Shown: in pieces, positions 32,363 through 41,103 of the stretch
How the letters are laid out: every line of letters begins with the position of its first letter
Numbering within the stretch: position 1 is the first letter of the stretch
Position numbers and translations under genes: made by a program
Notes under the pieces: generated by a model
What the model saw: only the letters and a program-made list of their open reading frames with translations
The model's database searches: none
What the model was told of the DNA's origin: nothing
IMG/VR virus record: IMGVR_UViG_3300032893_000002
Coordinates: 1-46,667 of that record
Strand: one strand, 5' to 3'
DNA from: a virus
Length of the DNA stretch: 46,667 bases

Positions 32363-33778
32363 ATGGCAGAGCAATTTAGAAAATTTGTCCAACTCATGAA
32401 GGTGGACGAAGAGAATCATATGACTTGGGGCATCGTTACGAGCGAAGTTCCCGATAAGGAAAATGAAATCTGCTCATATGCCGACGCTAAAAAAGCATAT
32501 AAAAAATGGTCTGAAGATTTTCTTGAAAAGACTACTGCCGCAGGGCAAGAACCGTCAATGGGTAATATTAGAATAATGCACGGCCTTCAGATTGGCGGAA
32601 AAGTAATTAAGTTGGAATTTAAAGATGAAGAGAAGCAAGTTTGGTTGGGAACGCAGCCTGCTACCGATGAAGTATGGAAGCTAATTAAAGGCGGGTACAT
32701 AACTGGGCTTTCTCACGGCGGGCGGTATCTCTGGAAGAAAGAAGTAGGAGAGTATACAAGATACGCACCAGAGATTTCAGAAGTGTCTTATGTTGATAAT
32801 CCGGCTAATCCTGATGCATCATTTGCTTATGTAAAGGCAGATGGTTCTATGGAATTGCGGAAATTTGCTAAAGATGTGCCTTCTGATCCAGAACTTGCAA
32901 AGCTACTTAAAGGTAGTGAGCCAGCTATACCGACAGAAGTAGGTTCTATGCCGACTGCGACAATGCCTGTGCCTGAAAAAGTAACTCCAGGAGTTAGCAC
33001 TTGTTCTTGCTCTTGTCCACAGTGTAAAGGCAGCAATTGTGGTAATTGTCAAGCAGAGGCTAAGTGTGAATCTTGTAAAACGGCTAAAGCAGCAGGATGT
33101 TCCTGCGGATGCGCGAGTTGTAAAGAAGGTAAATGCTCTAATTGCTCAGCCGAAACAAAATGTGAGATGTGCATGAGTGCAGGCGTTAGTACAGAAACAG
33201 GGTTTAACTACTACGATCTTGAAGGGCAAAAGAAGATGGCAGGTAAAGCTGTAAAGTATTTAGTTACTGACTCTGATGGGAAAGGCCATCTTCCATATAC
33301 GTCATCTAGCGGAACTCCTAGCAGACGCCTTTGTGGTGCTGCGTGGGCTGCTTTATTTTCTCCAGGCGGACATCGTGGAAATAAATACGAAGGTCCGGAC
33401 AAGGAGAAAGCAAAAGCGAAGCTAAAACAAGTGTATTCAAGTCAAGGATGGGATACTCCATCTGAGAAGACAGTTGCTGTAGAAGATATGTTAAAGGCTC
33501 TACTGGAAGACAGAATTGATAATGCAGTCCAAAGCAGATTTTATGGATTAACAAAACTCACAAAAGGATTATACAATGTTAGTAGATTTGCTGAAATAAT
33601 TGAGGCATTGAAATTTCTGTGTTTAACAATTAAAGACGAAGGAAATATAGAAGGAGGAGACGAATTTGATTTTAGTGTTTCTGCGGATTTATTGGAGGCA
33701 CTTGATGCGCTTCTCGGCTCGTTTTTAGATTATACAGAAAATCAAATTGCTGAAATTAGAAATGAACATATTTTATAA
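32363..33778 (+). CDS. prohead protease-like protein (S78/HK97-type N-domain) with metallothionein-like Cys repeats and helical C-domain
   Basis: NIRIMHGLQIGGKV...ITGLSHGG resembles the His...G-x-S-x-G layout of the HK97 prohead protease family; aa 214-270 contain two about 28-aa tandem repeats with 8 Cys each; AATAGGAGTAATTACAA SD. Confidence 0.45.
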   Translation: MAEQFRKFVQLMKVDEENHMTWGIVTSEVPDKENEICSYADAKKAYKKWSEDFLEKTTAAGQEPSMGNIRIMHGLQIGGKVIKLEFKDEEKQVWLGTQPATDEVWKLIKGGYITGLSHGGRYLWKKEVGEYTRYAPEISEVSYVDNPANPDASFAYVKADGSMELRKFAKDVPSDPELAKLLKGSEPAIPTEVGSMPTATMPVPEKVTPGVSTCSCSCPQCKGSNCGNCQAEAKCESCKTAKAAGCSCGCASCKEGKCSNCSAETKCEMCMSAGVSTETGFNYYDLEGQKKMAGKAVKYLVTDSDGKGHLPYTSSSGTPSRRLCGAAWAALFSPGGHRGNKYEGPDKEKAKAKLKQVYSSQGWDTPSEKTVAVEDMLKALLEDRIDNAVQSRFYGLTKLTKGLYNVSRFAEIIEALKFLCLTIKDEGNIEGGDEFDFSVSADLLEALDALLGSFLDYTENQIAEIRNEHIL

Positions 33779-34417
33779 ATGAATAAAAGTTGGGTTATTT
33801 ACCAAATTCAAAACGTTGTAAACGGAAAGTACTACATTGGCTATACAGAGAATTTTACTGTTCGATGGGAGTTACATCGTCAAGATGCCAAAAATGGAAA
33901 TACATGCCATTTCTACTGCGCAATCAGAAAGTATGGTGTTGCTGCATTCAAACATCAAATTCTAGCGCAAACTAGGAGCTTAGAAGACGCTAAGCAATTA
34001 GAGAAGTTATGGATAGCTGCATTGCGATCATTTGATCGTTCTATAGGTTATAACATGACCTATGGAGGCGATGGCGTTGTTCATTTACCAGAAACTAAAG
34101 AAAAAATGAGCCGTAAATGCAGAGAAGCTTGGATTAAAAGAAAACAATATAGATCCATAACAGATGGGGTTACGCAGAAACGGATTTTAATTCAGGAAGC
34201 TATTCCAATAGGATGGAGGTATGGAAGAACTCCATTTAAGAAAAAGAATTCTATAACAGCAGTTCAGAAATTGTGCTGGGCTAGGCAAAGACGAGCTGCA
34301 AAACTAGTTTGTTATTTTTGTTATAAATCATTTACGCCAAGTTCAAAAGAGCAAGTATTTTGCTCTAACTCGTGTTCAAATAAAGCGCAAAGAACACTTG
34401 GATACGAATTTAAATAA
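33779..34417 (+). CDS. GIY-YIG homing endonuclease
   Basis: WVIYQIQNVVNGKYYIGYTENFTVRWELH GIY-YIG core; LWIAALRSFDRSIGYNMTYGGDGV nearly identical to the 21821 paralog; C-terminal Cys4 zinc finger. Confidence 0.85.
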   Translation: MNKSWVIYQIQNVVNGKYYIGYTENFTVRWELHRQDAKNGNTCHFYCAIRKYGVAAFKHQILAQTRSLEDAKQLEKLWIAALRSFDRSIGYNMTYGGDGVVHLPETKEKMSRKCREAWIKRKQYRSITDGVTQKRILIQEAIPIGWRYGRTPFKKKNSITAVQKLCWARQRRAAKLVCYFCYKSFTPSSKEQVFCSNSCSNKAQRTLGYEFK

Positions 34418-34438
34418 ATTCATAAGGAGAAATAAGCA

Positions 34439-35170
34439 ATGTCTGATCTTTTCAAGATGCATCCAAAAGCTTTGGCTGCACACTTCAAGAAAGCCGCTGC
34501 TCATCATGAGAAAATGGCCGATCATCACGAAAAGTGCATGAAGGCACACGAAGCTCATGCTGACCATCATGAAGATATGCAGGATAAAACTGAGGATGTT
34601 CATAAGGGACATCACAAGGCCAGCGCGCAATTTCATAAATCGATGGCTAGTCACCACGAGAAACTTCATAAATCTCATGCTGCACACGCAGAGCATCTTC
34701 ACAAAGTATGCGCTGCATGTCAAGCAGGCGAGGATACAAAGAAAGTAGCAGAATTATTGGAAATTGAAGAAGGAGAATTAAGCATGGAAAAGGCAACAGA
34801 AGTCACAACTCAGAATCAACCAACTCCGGCAGCTCAGCCAACTGCTGCACCTCAGCCAGTTAGTACAGCTCCAGGCGCTGGAATTGATGTAAACGAAACA
34901 ATTAACAAGGCGCTGGACAACAAGCTAACAGAAGCTGTTGATTCTGCCTTTTCACGTGTTCTTAACAGCGAGGACTTCAATCGTAAGGTTGATCAGGCAA
35001 TCGCTGGTAAATTACTTGAGAAACTTGGACAGACAACTGTTCCGGGCGAGATCAAGACTTTCGCAGTCCCACGTCCAGGTGAAGGCAACCTAGGCAAAGT
35101 AAATGGACAAGTTAAGCCAGATTTCACTGGTGTAGATCCTGAACTTGCTCATTTTGCTGCAATCGAGTAA
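34439..35170 (+). CDS. His-rich protein, possible scaffolding protein (243 aa)
   Basis: N-terminal 95 aa contain repeated (A/S)HHEK / HxxH units (more than 20 His), followed by acidic coiled-coil and Pro/Ala/Gln linker; sits between protease and capsid gene; AAGGAGAAATAAGCA SD. Confidence 0.35.
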   Translation: MSDLFKMHPKALAAHFKKAAAHHEKMADHHEKCMKAHEAHADHHEDMQDKTEDVHKGHHKASAQFHKSMASHHEKLHKSHAAHAEHLHKVCAACQAGEDTKKVAELLEIEEGELSMEKATEVTTQNQPTPAAQPTAAPQPVSTAPGAGIDVNETINKALDNKLTEAVDSAFSRVLNSEDFNRKVDQAIAGKLLEKLGQTTVPGEIKTFAVPRPGEGNLGKVNGQVKPDFTGVDPELAHFAAIE

Positions 35171-35254
35171 TTTAAATCTTTCTTCTTCGCATCCTGTCGC
35201 GATGAGATTTAATAGTTTGTAATATTTTTGTTTTCATAACAGGAGAATATAGCA

Positions 35255-37222
35255 ATGAGAATTAGCGATGAAACATATGTTCAGCGAACTTTGCTAGCAC
35301 GTGCAGCAGTAGCCGAGGCACTCAAAGATCCAAAAATTACAGATCTTTGTAAGCGTGCTAAGGAGCTGAGCCCAACCTCTCAAGACGAAGCTAAGAGATG
35401 GCGAATGGACCATCCACTAGTTAAAGCTGCGACTCGTGCGATTTTAAAGGCGCAGCATGAAGCTTTACAAAAAACAAATCCCCCGGGCGTAGGAACTTGG
35501 GTAGGATTTAACTTCTACGATTTGCGTGGTCCGGCTTATTTTCTATTCCCGATTCTAACGCCTTTCATTCAGATGATTGGTAAGCGTGGAAAAGTTAATG
35601 CTGGCGTCGGCACAGTAGCGCACTGGAAGGCATCTCGCAATCCAAACTCTACATATATTTATGCTGGCGTACAGGAAGGCCAGCGAAACGCAACATCAAC
35701 ACCAAACGAAATCGACTACCTAGCAACCTACAAAGAACTCGGCATGGAAGGTGGAAACACATTCACATCGCAGTGGGCTGGTGAAGGGTATACAGATAAC
35801 CTAGCAGACGAACATTTCCGTAACCTTGCTCGCCTTCGCTTGCAAGAAGAAATGATTACTCTACTCGGTAACTCTGGTACTGCTACTGGTAACCTTGGTT
35901 TCCAACTTGGGCAAGCTCCTAACGTTACTGCTGCTCTTGTAATATCTGACTCATACAATGTCCCAGCATCAGCTGGTTTTGCTGCAAATACAAACGTTTC
36001 AGGCGCAGTAGTCGCACTAACCGGTATGGGCATCAACCCAGGCGGACAAGGTGGATACGGCGCGCCCCCAACAGTAACAACTGGATTAACTCCGACTTCT
36101 ACACGTACAAACGTAGACGGAACAACTCTGGCTGTTAATGGTGGAACTTCGGCAATTTCGAACGTTTCGAATGCGGTTATGACTAACGCAACAGCAAAGT
36201 GGGTGAAATTCACTTGCGCTGCTGTTCAAGGCGCAGTTGCATATGCTTGGTATTTTTATACAGGAGCAACATCAACTGCTGCGGGCACAATTGGTCAGAT
36301 GACTCTAGGTGCAATTACACCAGCTCCATTTTACATTGCTGGTGCCAACCCAACAGGAACTCAGCTTGGCAACGCTGCAGGCTTAAGTACTGACTACAGC
36401 TCACAGTCGACTGACTTTGATGGACTATTAACATATGCATTCAAGAATGGTTATTGGAATGACATGTCTTATGGTTCTTTCACACCAGTAGGCAATGGGC
36501 AGGTCAAGGAAGTTGAAAACGATCTTGAATACCTGTGGAATAACTATCAGGCGCAACCTGATGCAATCTGGGTTTCTGGCGATGTCCGTCAGTCACTAGA
36601 TGCAGCAATTCTATACAGCTCGAGCGGTACTAACAGCTATATCTTCCAGGTATCTCAGGCGCAGCAAGCTACCGGCTTAACCGGTGGTTTCATTGTTACT
36701 GGATACAAGTCGAAATATAGTATTAATCCTGAAGGCGGAGCGGTAATTCCAATTAGAATTCACCCGATGATGCCTCCTGGGACAATGTACTATGACATCA
36801 ATAGCAATCCGTATCCGCATAGCAGAATTCCTGCTGTGAGAGAATTTTTCACACAGCGTGATTACTATGCAATTGAATGGCCGGTCGTAACACGTGAGTG
36901 GACCTATGGTACTTACATCCATGAGGTGTTGGCACACTACCTGCCATGGATTTCAGCAGTCAGAACTGGCATTGGACCATTCGTGGCTCCTTGCTGGATT
37001 GCTGCTGTTGTATTCGACGAGGATTTTGCAACTGGCGTGAAGACAAATATTGTTCGCAACTACTTGCTAAACTGGGAGAAGAACTCTGGTCTTGGCAAGA
37101 TTGTTGTTGGGCTGTATCGTCTACACGGCGAAGCTGTCAGCGAAGTTGTAAAGAAGAGCGCACTAGTAAAGAAAGTATTTACTCGTATCTTCACCGCCGT
37201 CTTAAACAAAGCAGAAAAGTAA
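35255..37222 (+). CDS. putative major capsid protein (655 aa) with N-terminal propeptide-like region
   Basis: Largest structural ORF after portal/protease/scaffold, higher GC and strong SD (AACAGGAGAATATAGCA) consistent with high expression; Gly/Thr/Ala-rich beta composition; positional inference only. Confidence 0.45.
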   Translation: MRISDETYVQRTLLARAAVAEALKDPKITDLCKRAKELSPTSQDEAKRWRMDHPLVKAATRAILKAQHEALQKTNPPGVGTWVGFNFYDLRGPAYFLFPILTPFIQMIGKRGKVNAGVGTVAHWKASRNPNSTYIYAGVQEGQRNATSTPNEIDYLATYKELGMEGGNTFTSQWAGEGYTDNLADEHFRNLARLRLQEEMITLLGNSGTATGNLGFQLGQAPNVTAALVISDSYNVPASAGFAANTNVSGAVVALTGMGINPGGQGGYGAPPTVTTGLTPTSTRTNVDGTTLAVNGGTSAISNVSNAVMTNATAKWVKFTCAAVQGAVAYAWYFYTGATSTAAGTIGQMTLGAITPAPFYIAGANPTGTQLGNAAGLSTDYSSQSTDFDGLLTYAFKNGYWNDMSYGSFTPVGNGQVKEVENDLEYLWNNYQAQPDAIWVSGDVRQSLDAAILYSSSGTNSYIFQVSQAQQATGLTGGFIVTGYKSKYSINPEGGAVIPIRIHPMMPPGTMYYDINSNPYPHSRIPAVREFFTQRDYYAIEWPVVTREWTYGTYIHEVLAHYLPWISAVRTGIGPFVAPCWIAAVVFDEDFATGVKTNIVRNYLLNWEKNSGLGKIVVGLYRLHGEAVSEVVKKSALVKKVFTRIFTAVLNKAEK

Positions 37223-37236
37223 TTCTGCTAATGATC

Positions 37237-37302
37237 TTCTGTCGCGAGACAGATAGCCTGTGGAGTAGGGTCAGCAATCTTAGACAGGGGGTTGCTGCCC
37301 TA
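37237..37302 (+). promoter_or_regulatory. two RNA hairpins downstream of the capsid gene
   Basis: TCTGTC-GCGA-GACAGA (37237-37252) and GTAGGG(T)CAGCAA...TTGCTGCCCTAC (37265-37302); no U-tract, so a stability/processing element rather than a classic terminator. Confidence 0.35.
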
Positions 37303-37345
37303 CTTCCTCCGGACTCATAAGCTCATATTCTAGGAGAAATAAAAC

Positions 37346-37810
37346 ATGTATAGACGCTATGCTACAACTGGCTCAATGGGCGGCGCTGCAATGACTTCGT
37401 CTTACAAAACACTAATTTTGGAGACATCGACCGCTGCAATTAAGCCATATATTTATGACTTCACATTTGGTACTACAGGAACACCTTCTGATTCGGTTGT
37501 CCAGTTAACCTGTACTAGATTTTCTGCGACAGCTGCGACAGTTGGATCAGCGGCTACACCCGTAGCATTAGATGTAACAGATCCTACCTCAACTCTTACT
37601 GCTGTGTATGCTCTAACAGCAGAAGAATCAGCAGGTGTTGTTCTGTTTCAGGTTGGCCTCAACGTTCGCGCTACTTACCGCTGGGTTGCAGCTCCAGGCG
37701 GAGAACTTGTTATGGCTGCATCGACAACAACAAATGGCTCAATTGGTATTCGTGCGCAATCGCCCGCATACACTCTTGATGCTAACGCTACAGTGTATCA
37801 CGCAGAGTAA
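37346..37810 (+). CDS. Thr/Ala/Ser-rich structural protein (possible head decoration protein), 154 aa
   Basis: AGGAGAAATAAAAC SD; beta-rich T/A/S composition; directly follows capsid gene. Confidence 0.35.
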   Translation: MYRRYATTGSMGGAAMTSSYKTLILETSTAAIKPYIYDFTFGTTGTPSDSVVQLTCTRFSATAATVGSAATPVALDVTDPTSTLTAVYALTAEESAGVVLFQVGLNVRATYRWVAAPGGELVMAASTTTNGSIGIRAQSPAYTLDANATVYHAE

Positions 37811-37879
37811 TCAAAAAATTATTTTGTGGGGTGGAGCAATCTGCCCCACAAGTAATTGTATAATTGGGAAAGGAGATTT

Positions 37880-38026
37880 ATGAAAAAAGTTTGTAATGGA
37901 TGGACTTCTAATAGTTCTTCTGTAGCAGGAACGATAGGATCAACTATAGCTACTGATTCGACATGGACAAATTATGGAACTCGTGGATGTAGTACGCAGT
38001 TACATTTTTATTGTCTTCAACAGTAG
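37880..38026 (+). CDS. small ORF (48 aa, below track cutoff) with its own promoter-like motif and strong SD
   Basis: GTAATTGTATAAT (37851-37863) then AAAGGAG-7nt-ATG; translates MKKVCNGWTSNSSSVAGTIGSTIATDSTWTNYGTRGCSTQLHFYCLQQ. Confidence 0.35.
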   Translation: MKKVCNGWTSNSSSVAGTIGSTIATDSTWTNYGTRGCSTQLHFYCLQQ

Positions 38027-38040
38027 GATTGAAAGCGAAA

Positions 38041-38721
38041 ATGATTTCTATTCTACTGCCTACAAGAAAGCGGTTTTTACGTCTTCAAAAAATGGTTCTT
38101 TCTATCAAAGAGACAGCGCATACTTACCCGGAGATTGTAGTTTATATAGATGAAGACGATAGAGAAAGCATAGAGAAAGTCGTTGAGTTGGATGTAAAAG
38201 CTATAGTCGGCCCTAGATTAGTATTTTCTGATAACTGGAACAAATGTCATGAAAAGGCGATTGGCGATATTTTAATGATGGGTGCCGACGATCTAATCTT
38301 TAGGACTCCTGGGTGGGATCTTATAGTAGAGGAAGAATTTGCAAAATCAGCAGATAAGATCGTTCTTGTATACGGCGACGATCTTCAAATTCATGTTCCT
38401 TCGCATCCATTTATTCATCAACGATGGGTAGAAGCAGTCGGCTACTTCAGCCCGCCATATTTTCAATATGGCGGTTGCGATGTCTGGTTGCACGATATAG
38501 CTCGTTTTCTTGGCCGAAAACGATTTGCTAACTTTGTTATCGAACATATGCATCCTGAAACAGGGAAAGCTGCAATGGATGCTACATATTATGATCGCGT
38601 AGAAAGACAAAAGAAATATGATGTAATCAAACAATACGGCGAACTCGCATTCAAGAGAATCGAAGATGCCGCAAAACTTATGGATGTTATAGAAAGCAAT
38701 ACGAATAAAGTAATTGTATAA
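38041..38721 (+). CDS. putative glycosyltransferase (GT2-like)
   Basis: N-terminal ISILLPTRKR matches the conserved GT2 first strand (I-x-I-P-T-x-N/K-R); MGADDLIF DxD-like; trimmed from track start 38011. Confidence 0.4.
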   Translation: MISILLPTRKRFLRLQKMVLSIKETAHTYPEIVVYIDEDDRESIEKVVELDVKAIVGPRLVFSDNWNKCHEKAIGDILMMGADDLIFRTPGWDLIVEEEFAKSADKIVLVYGDDLQIHVPSHPFIHQRWVEAVGYFSPPYFQYGGCDVWLHDIARFLGRKRFANFVIEHMHPETGKAAMDATYYDRVERQKKYDVIKQYGELAFKRIEDAAKLMDVIESNTNKVIV

Positions 38722-38908
38722 TTCATTTATGGCGCTTTACTATTGTCAAGCACAAGTTTTAGCAAAGAGCGGAGCTATAAAAGTAGGCATGCATGACACT
38801 GTTAAAGCAGCGCATGAATGCGCAATTCTAAATTTAGCGCTTCGCGATAGGGGTATAGCAGAAGAGGCAGCTATATTATTACATCCAGAATTAAAAGAAG
38901 ATAACTAG
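38714..38908 (+). CDS. hypothetical protein (64 aa)
   Basis: ATG ORF overlapping previous stop. Confidence 0.3.
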   Translation: MYNSFMALYYCQAQVLAKSGAIKVGMHDTVKAAHECAILNLALRDRGIAEEAAILLHPELKEDN

Positions 38909-38922
38909 AAAGGCAACCTGTC

Positions 38923-39882
38923 ATGCCGAAATTTTACTTAGTAACAGGCTCGACCGGGTTTATCGGCCGATCTTTAGTCAGAGCTTTACTTAAGCAAGGA
39001 CATAAGGTTCGTTCGTTCGATAACGACTCGCGCGGAAGTAAAATACTTCTTAATGATGTAAAAGATGATATTGAATTTATAACAGCAGATATTAGAGATC
39101 TTGCTGCAGTTAAAGAAGCAACAAAAGATATCGATTGCGTTTGTCATTTAGCATATATCAATGGCACGCAGACATTTTACGAAAAACCTGTTCAGATTTT
39201 GGATATTGCAACAAAGGGAATGCTTAATGTTCTCGAAGCTTGCATAGAGAATAAAGTTCCTGAACTTGCCCTTGCATCTAGCCCAGAAGCTTATCAGGCA
39301 GCTTCTATAATTCCTACCGATGAAACAGTCGGGCTTAGTGTTCCCGATCCTCTCAATGCGCGCTTTAGTTATGGCGGCGGAAAGATAATTTGTGAACTGC
39401 TCGCGATTAACTACGGACGCGAATATTTTGATAAAGTTACAATCTTTCGGCCACATAGTGTTTATGGCCCAAAAATGGGCAATGCGCACGTAATTCCGCA
39501 GCTCGTTAATCGCATCAAACCTCTTCTTTCCTCTAATCCAGTAGTGAAACTGCCCATCCAAGGTGATGGATCTGAAACTCGATCTTTCTGTTATATAGAT
39601 GATTGTATTCAAGGAATTCTAATTACGATGGATCGAGGAGAACATTTAAATATCTACCATATTGGAAATGAAGAAGAAGTTACAATAGCCAAGCTCGCAG
39701 AAAAGATCGGCGCTGTATTTGGTAAAGTTGTTAGAATAATTCCAGGTCCGTTGCAGCCAGGCAGCACATTGAGGCGTTGTCCTGACATTAGAAAGATTAA
39801 AGCTTTAGGATATAATCCGACGACGAATCTTGATCGTGGATTAAGACTTACAATAGAACAAAGCATTGAGGTGCCTGTCTAG
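38923..39882 (+). CDS. NAD-dependent nucleotide-sugar epimerase/dehydratase (extended SDR family)
   Basis: N-terminal LVTGSTGFIGRSLVRAL (GxxGxxG Rossmann), catalytic YGGGK (YxxxK), overall length and layout of UDP-glucose 4-epimerase / dTDP-sugar reductase family. Confidence 0.8.
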   Translation: MPKFYLVTGSTGFIGRSLVRALLKQGHKVRSFDNDSRGSKILLNDVKDDIEFITADIRDLAAVKEATKDIDCVCHLAYINGTQTFYEKPVQILDIATKGMLNVLEACIENKVPELALASSPEAYQAASIIPTDETVGLSVPDPLNARFSYGGGKIICELLAINYGREYFDKVTIFRPHSVYGPKMGNAHVIPQLVNRIKPLLSSNPVVKLPIQGDGSETRSFCYIDDCIQGILITMDRGEHLNIYHIGNEEEVTIAKLAEKIGAVFGKVVRIIPGPLQPGSTLRRCPDIRKIKALGYNPTTNLDRGLRLTIEQSIEVPV

Positions 39883-41102
39883 TGTTCGGAAAAGTACTCT
39901 ATTGCAGAATGTGCGGGTCGGCACAGCTAAAGTCTTTCCTTAATTTGGGGCTAATGCCTCCTGCAGATCATTTCCTAAAAAGCAAGACAGAGATAGAACA
40001 GAGATTTCCTTTAGAAGTAAGAACATGTGTAGAATGTGGATTGGCGCAGCTAAGCTACGTTGTCGATCCAAAAATACTATACTGTCAAGATTACCCATAC
40101 GATGCGTCTACAGCATTAACCGCACAGAAGCATTGGCAACATTTCGCAGATGTAGTTTGCGCACGAGGTTTAGCAAAGAAGGATGATCTTGTTGTAGACA
40201 TAGGCAGTAATGTCGGCGTATTATTGCAGGCTTTTAAAAATAACGATACCAAAGTATTAGGCGTCGATCCCGCCTCGAATATAGCTAAAATTGCGCAGGC
40301 AAATGGTATCGAAACAATAGATGCTTTCTTCGATATAGAAGTAGCTAATAAAATAGTTCGGAAGTATGGACGAGCAAAAGTTATAACAGGAACTAACGTA
40401 TTTGCACACATTAACGATTTGAACGAATTTATGAAAGCTGTTCAAACTCTTCTGCTAGAAGATGGAACATTTATATTTGAAGTTCCTTATTTTGTTAATC
40501 TAGTGCGCTATATGCAGTATGACACGATTTATCATGAACACTTGTCTTACATTTCTATCATGCCTTTATTAAAATTTTTCAAGAAATTTAATATGGAGAT
40601 TTTTAATGTGGAAGACAAGAATTTTCATGGTGGGTCGATTAGAGTATTTGTAAGGAACAGAACCGGAAAAGATATTCCTTATAGAATAGACGAACTTGTT
40701 CAATTGGAAAAATCTTGTGGTATTTATGACTTCGGCAAGCTGACTAATTTTGCAGCAGATGTAGAGGCAAATAGAACAGCGCTTAGAAAATTAGTTATAG
40801 GTTTAAAGCGAGACGGAAAAAGTATAGCAGTAGTTAGCGCCCCAGCTAAGGGAATGACGCTGTTGAATTTTTGTGGTTTAGATAATTCGATAATTGATTA
40901 TGCTACGGAGAAAGCAAAGTTAAAGATTGGTAAGTATACACCAGGAACAAGAATTCCCGTTGTTCCTGACAGTTGCCTACTAGACAAAAGTCCAGATTAT
41001 GCGTTACTATTAGCTTGGAACTTCGCAGACGAGATAATCAAAAATAATCCAAGATATAGAGGCAGATATATAATTCCTATTCCAAATCCAAGGATAGTAT
41101 AA
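39882..41102 (+). CDS. NDP-hexose C-methyltransferase (Zn-ribbon + class I SAM MTase + C-terminal C-MTase domain)
   Basis: N-terminal CRMCGS...CVECGL zinc-binding domain followed by LGLMPPADHFL as in TylC3/NovU-type sugar C3-methyltransferases; SAM motif VVDIGSNVGVLL; about 400 aa. Confidence 0.65.
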   Translation: MFGKVLYCRMCGSAQLKSFLNLGLMPPADHFLKSKTEIEQRFPLEVRTCVECGLAQLSYVVDPKILYCQDYPYDASTALTAQKHWQHFADVVCARGLAKKDDLVVDIGSNVGVLLQAFKNNDTKVLGVDPASNIAKIAQANGIETIDAFFDIEVANKIVRKYGRAKVITGTNVFAHINDLNEFMKAVQTLLLEDGTFIFEVPYFVNLVRYMQYDTIYHEHLSYISIMPLLKFFKKFNMEIFNVEDKNFHGGSIRVFVRNRTGKDIPYRIDELVQLEKSCGIYDFGKLTNFAADVEANRTALRKLVIGLKRDGKSIAVVSAPAKGMTLLNFCGLDNSIIDYATEKAKLKIGKYTPGTRIPVVPDSCLLDKSPDYALLLAWNFADEIIKNNPRYRGRYIIPIPNPRIV

Positions 41103-41103
41103 A

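Noticed and set aside
35728-36213. Minus-strand track ORF 35728..36213 inside the capsid gene, and similar antisense ORFs (36677..36937, 36946..37320, 37635..37883, 39148..39612, 23100..23459, 24954..25256, 43633..43938)
   Set aside because: All lie fully within long, well-supported plus-strand genes, lack SD sites and have antisense-type composition.
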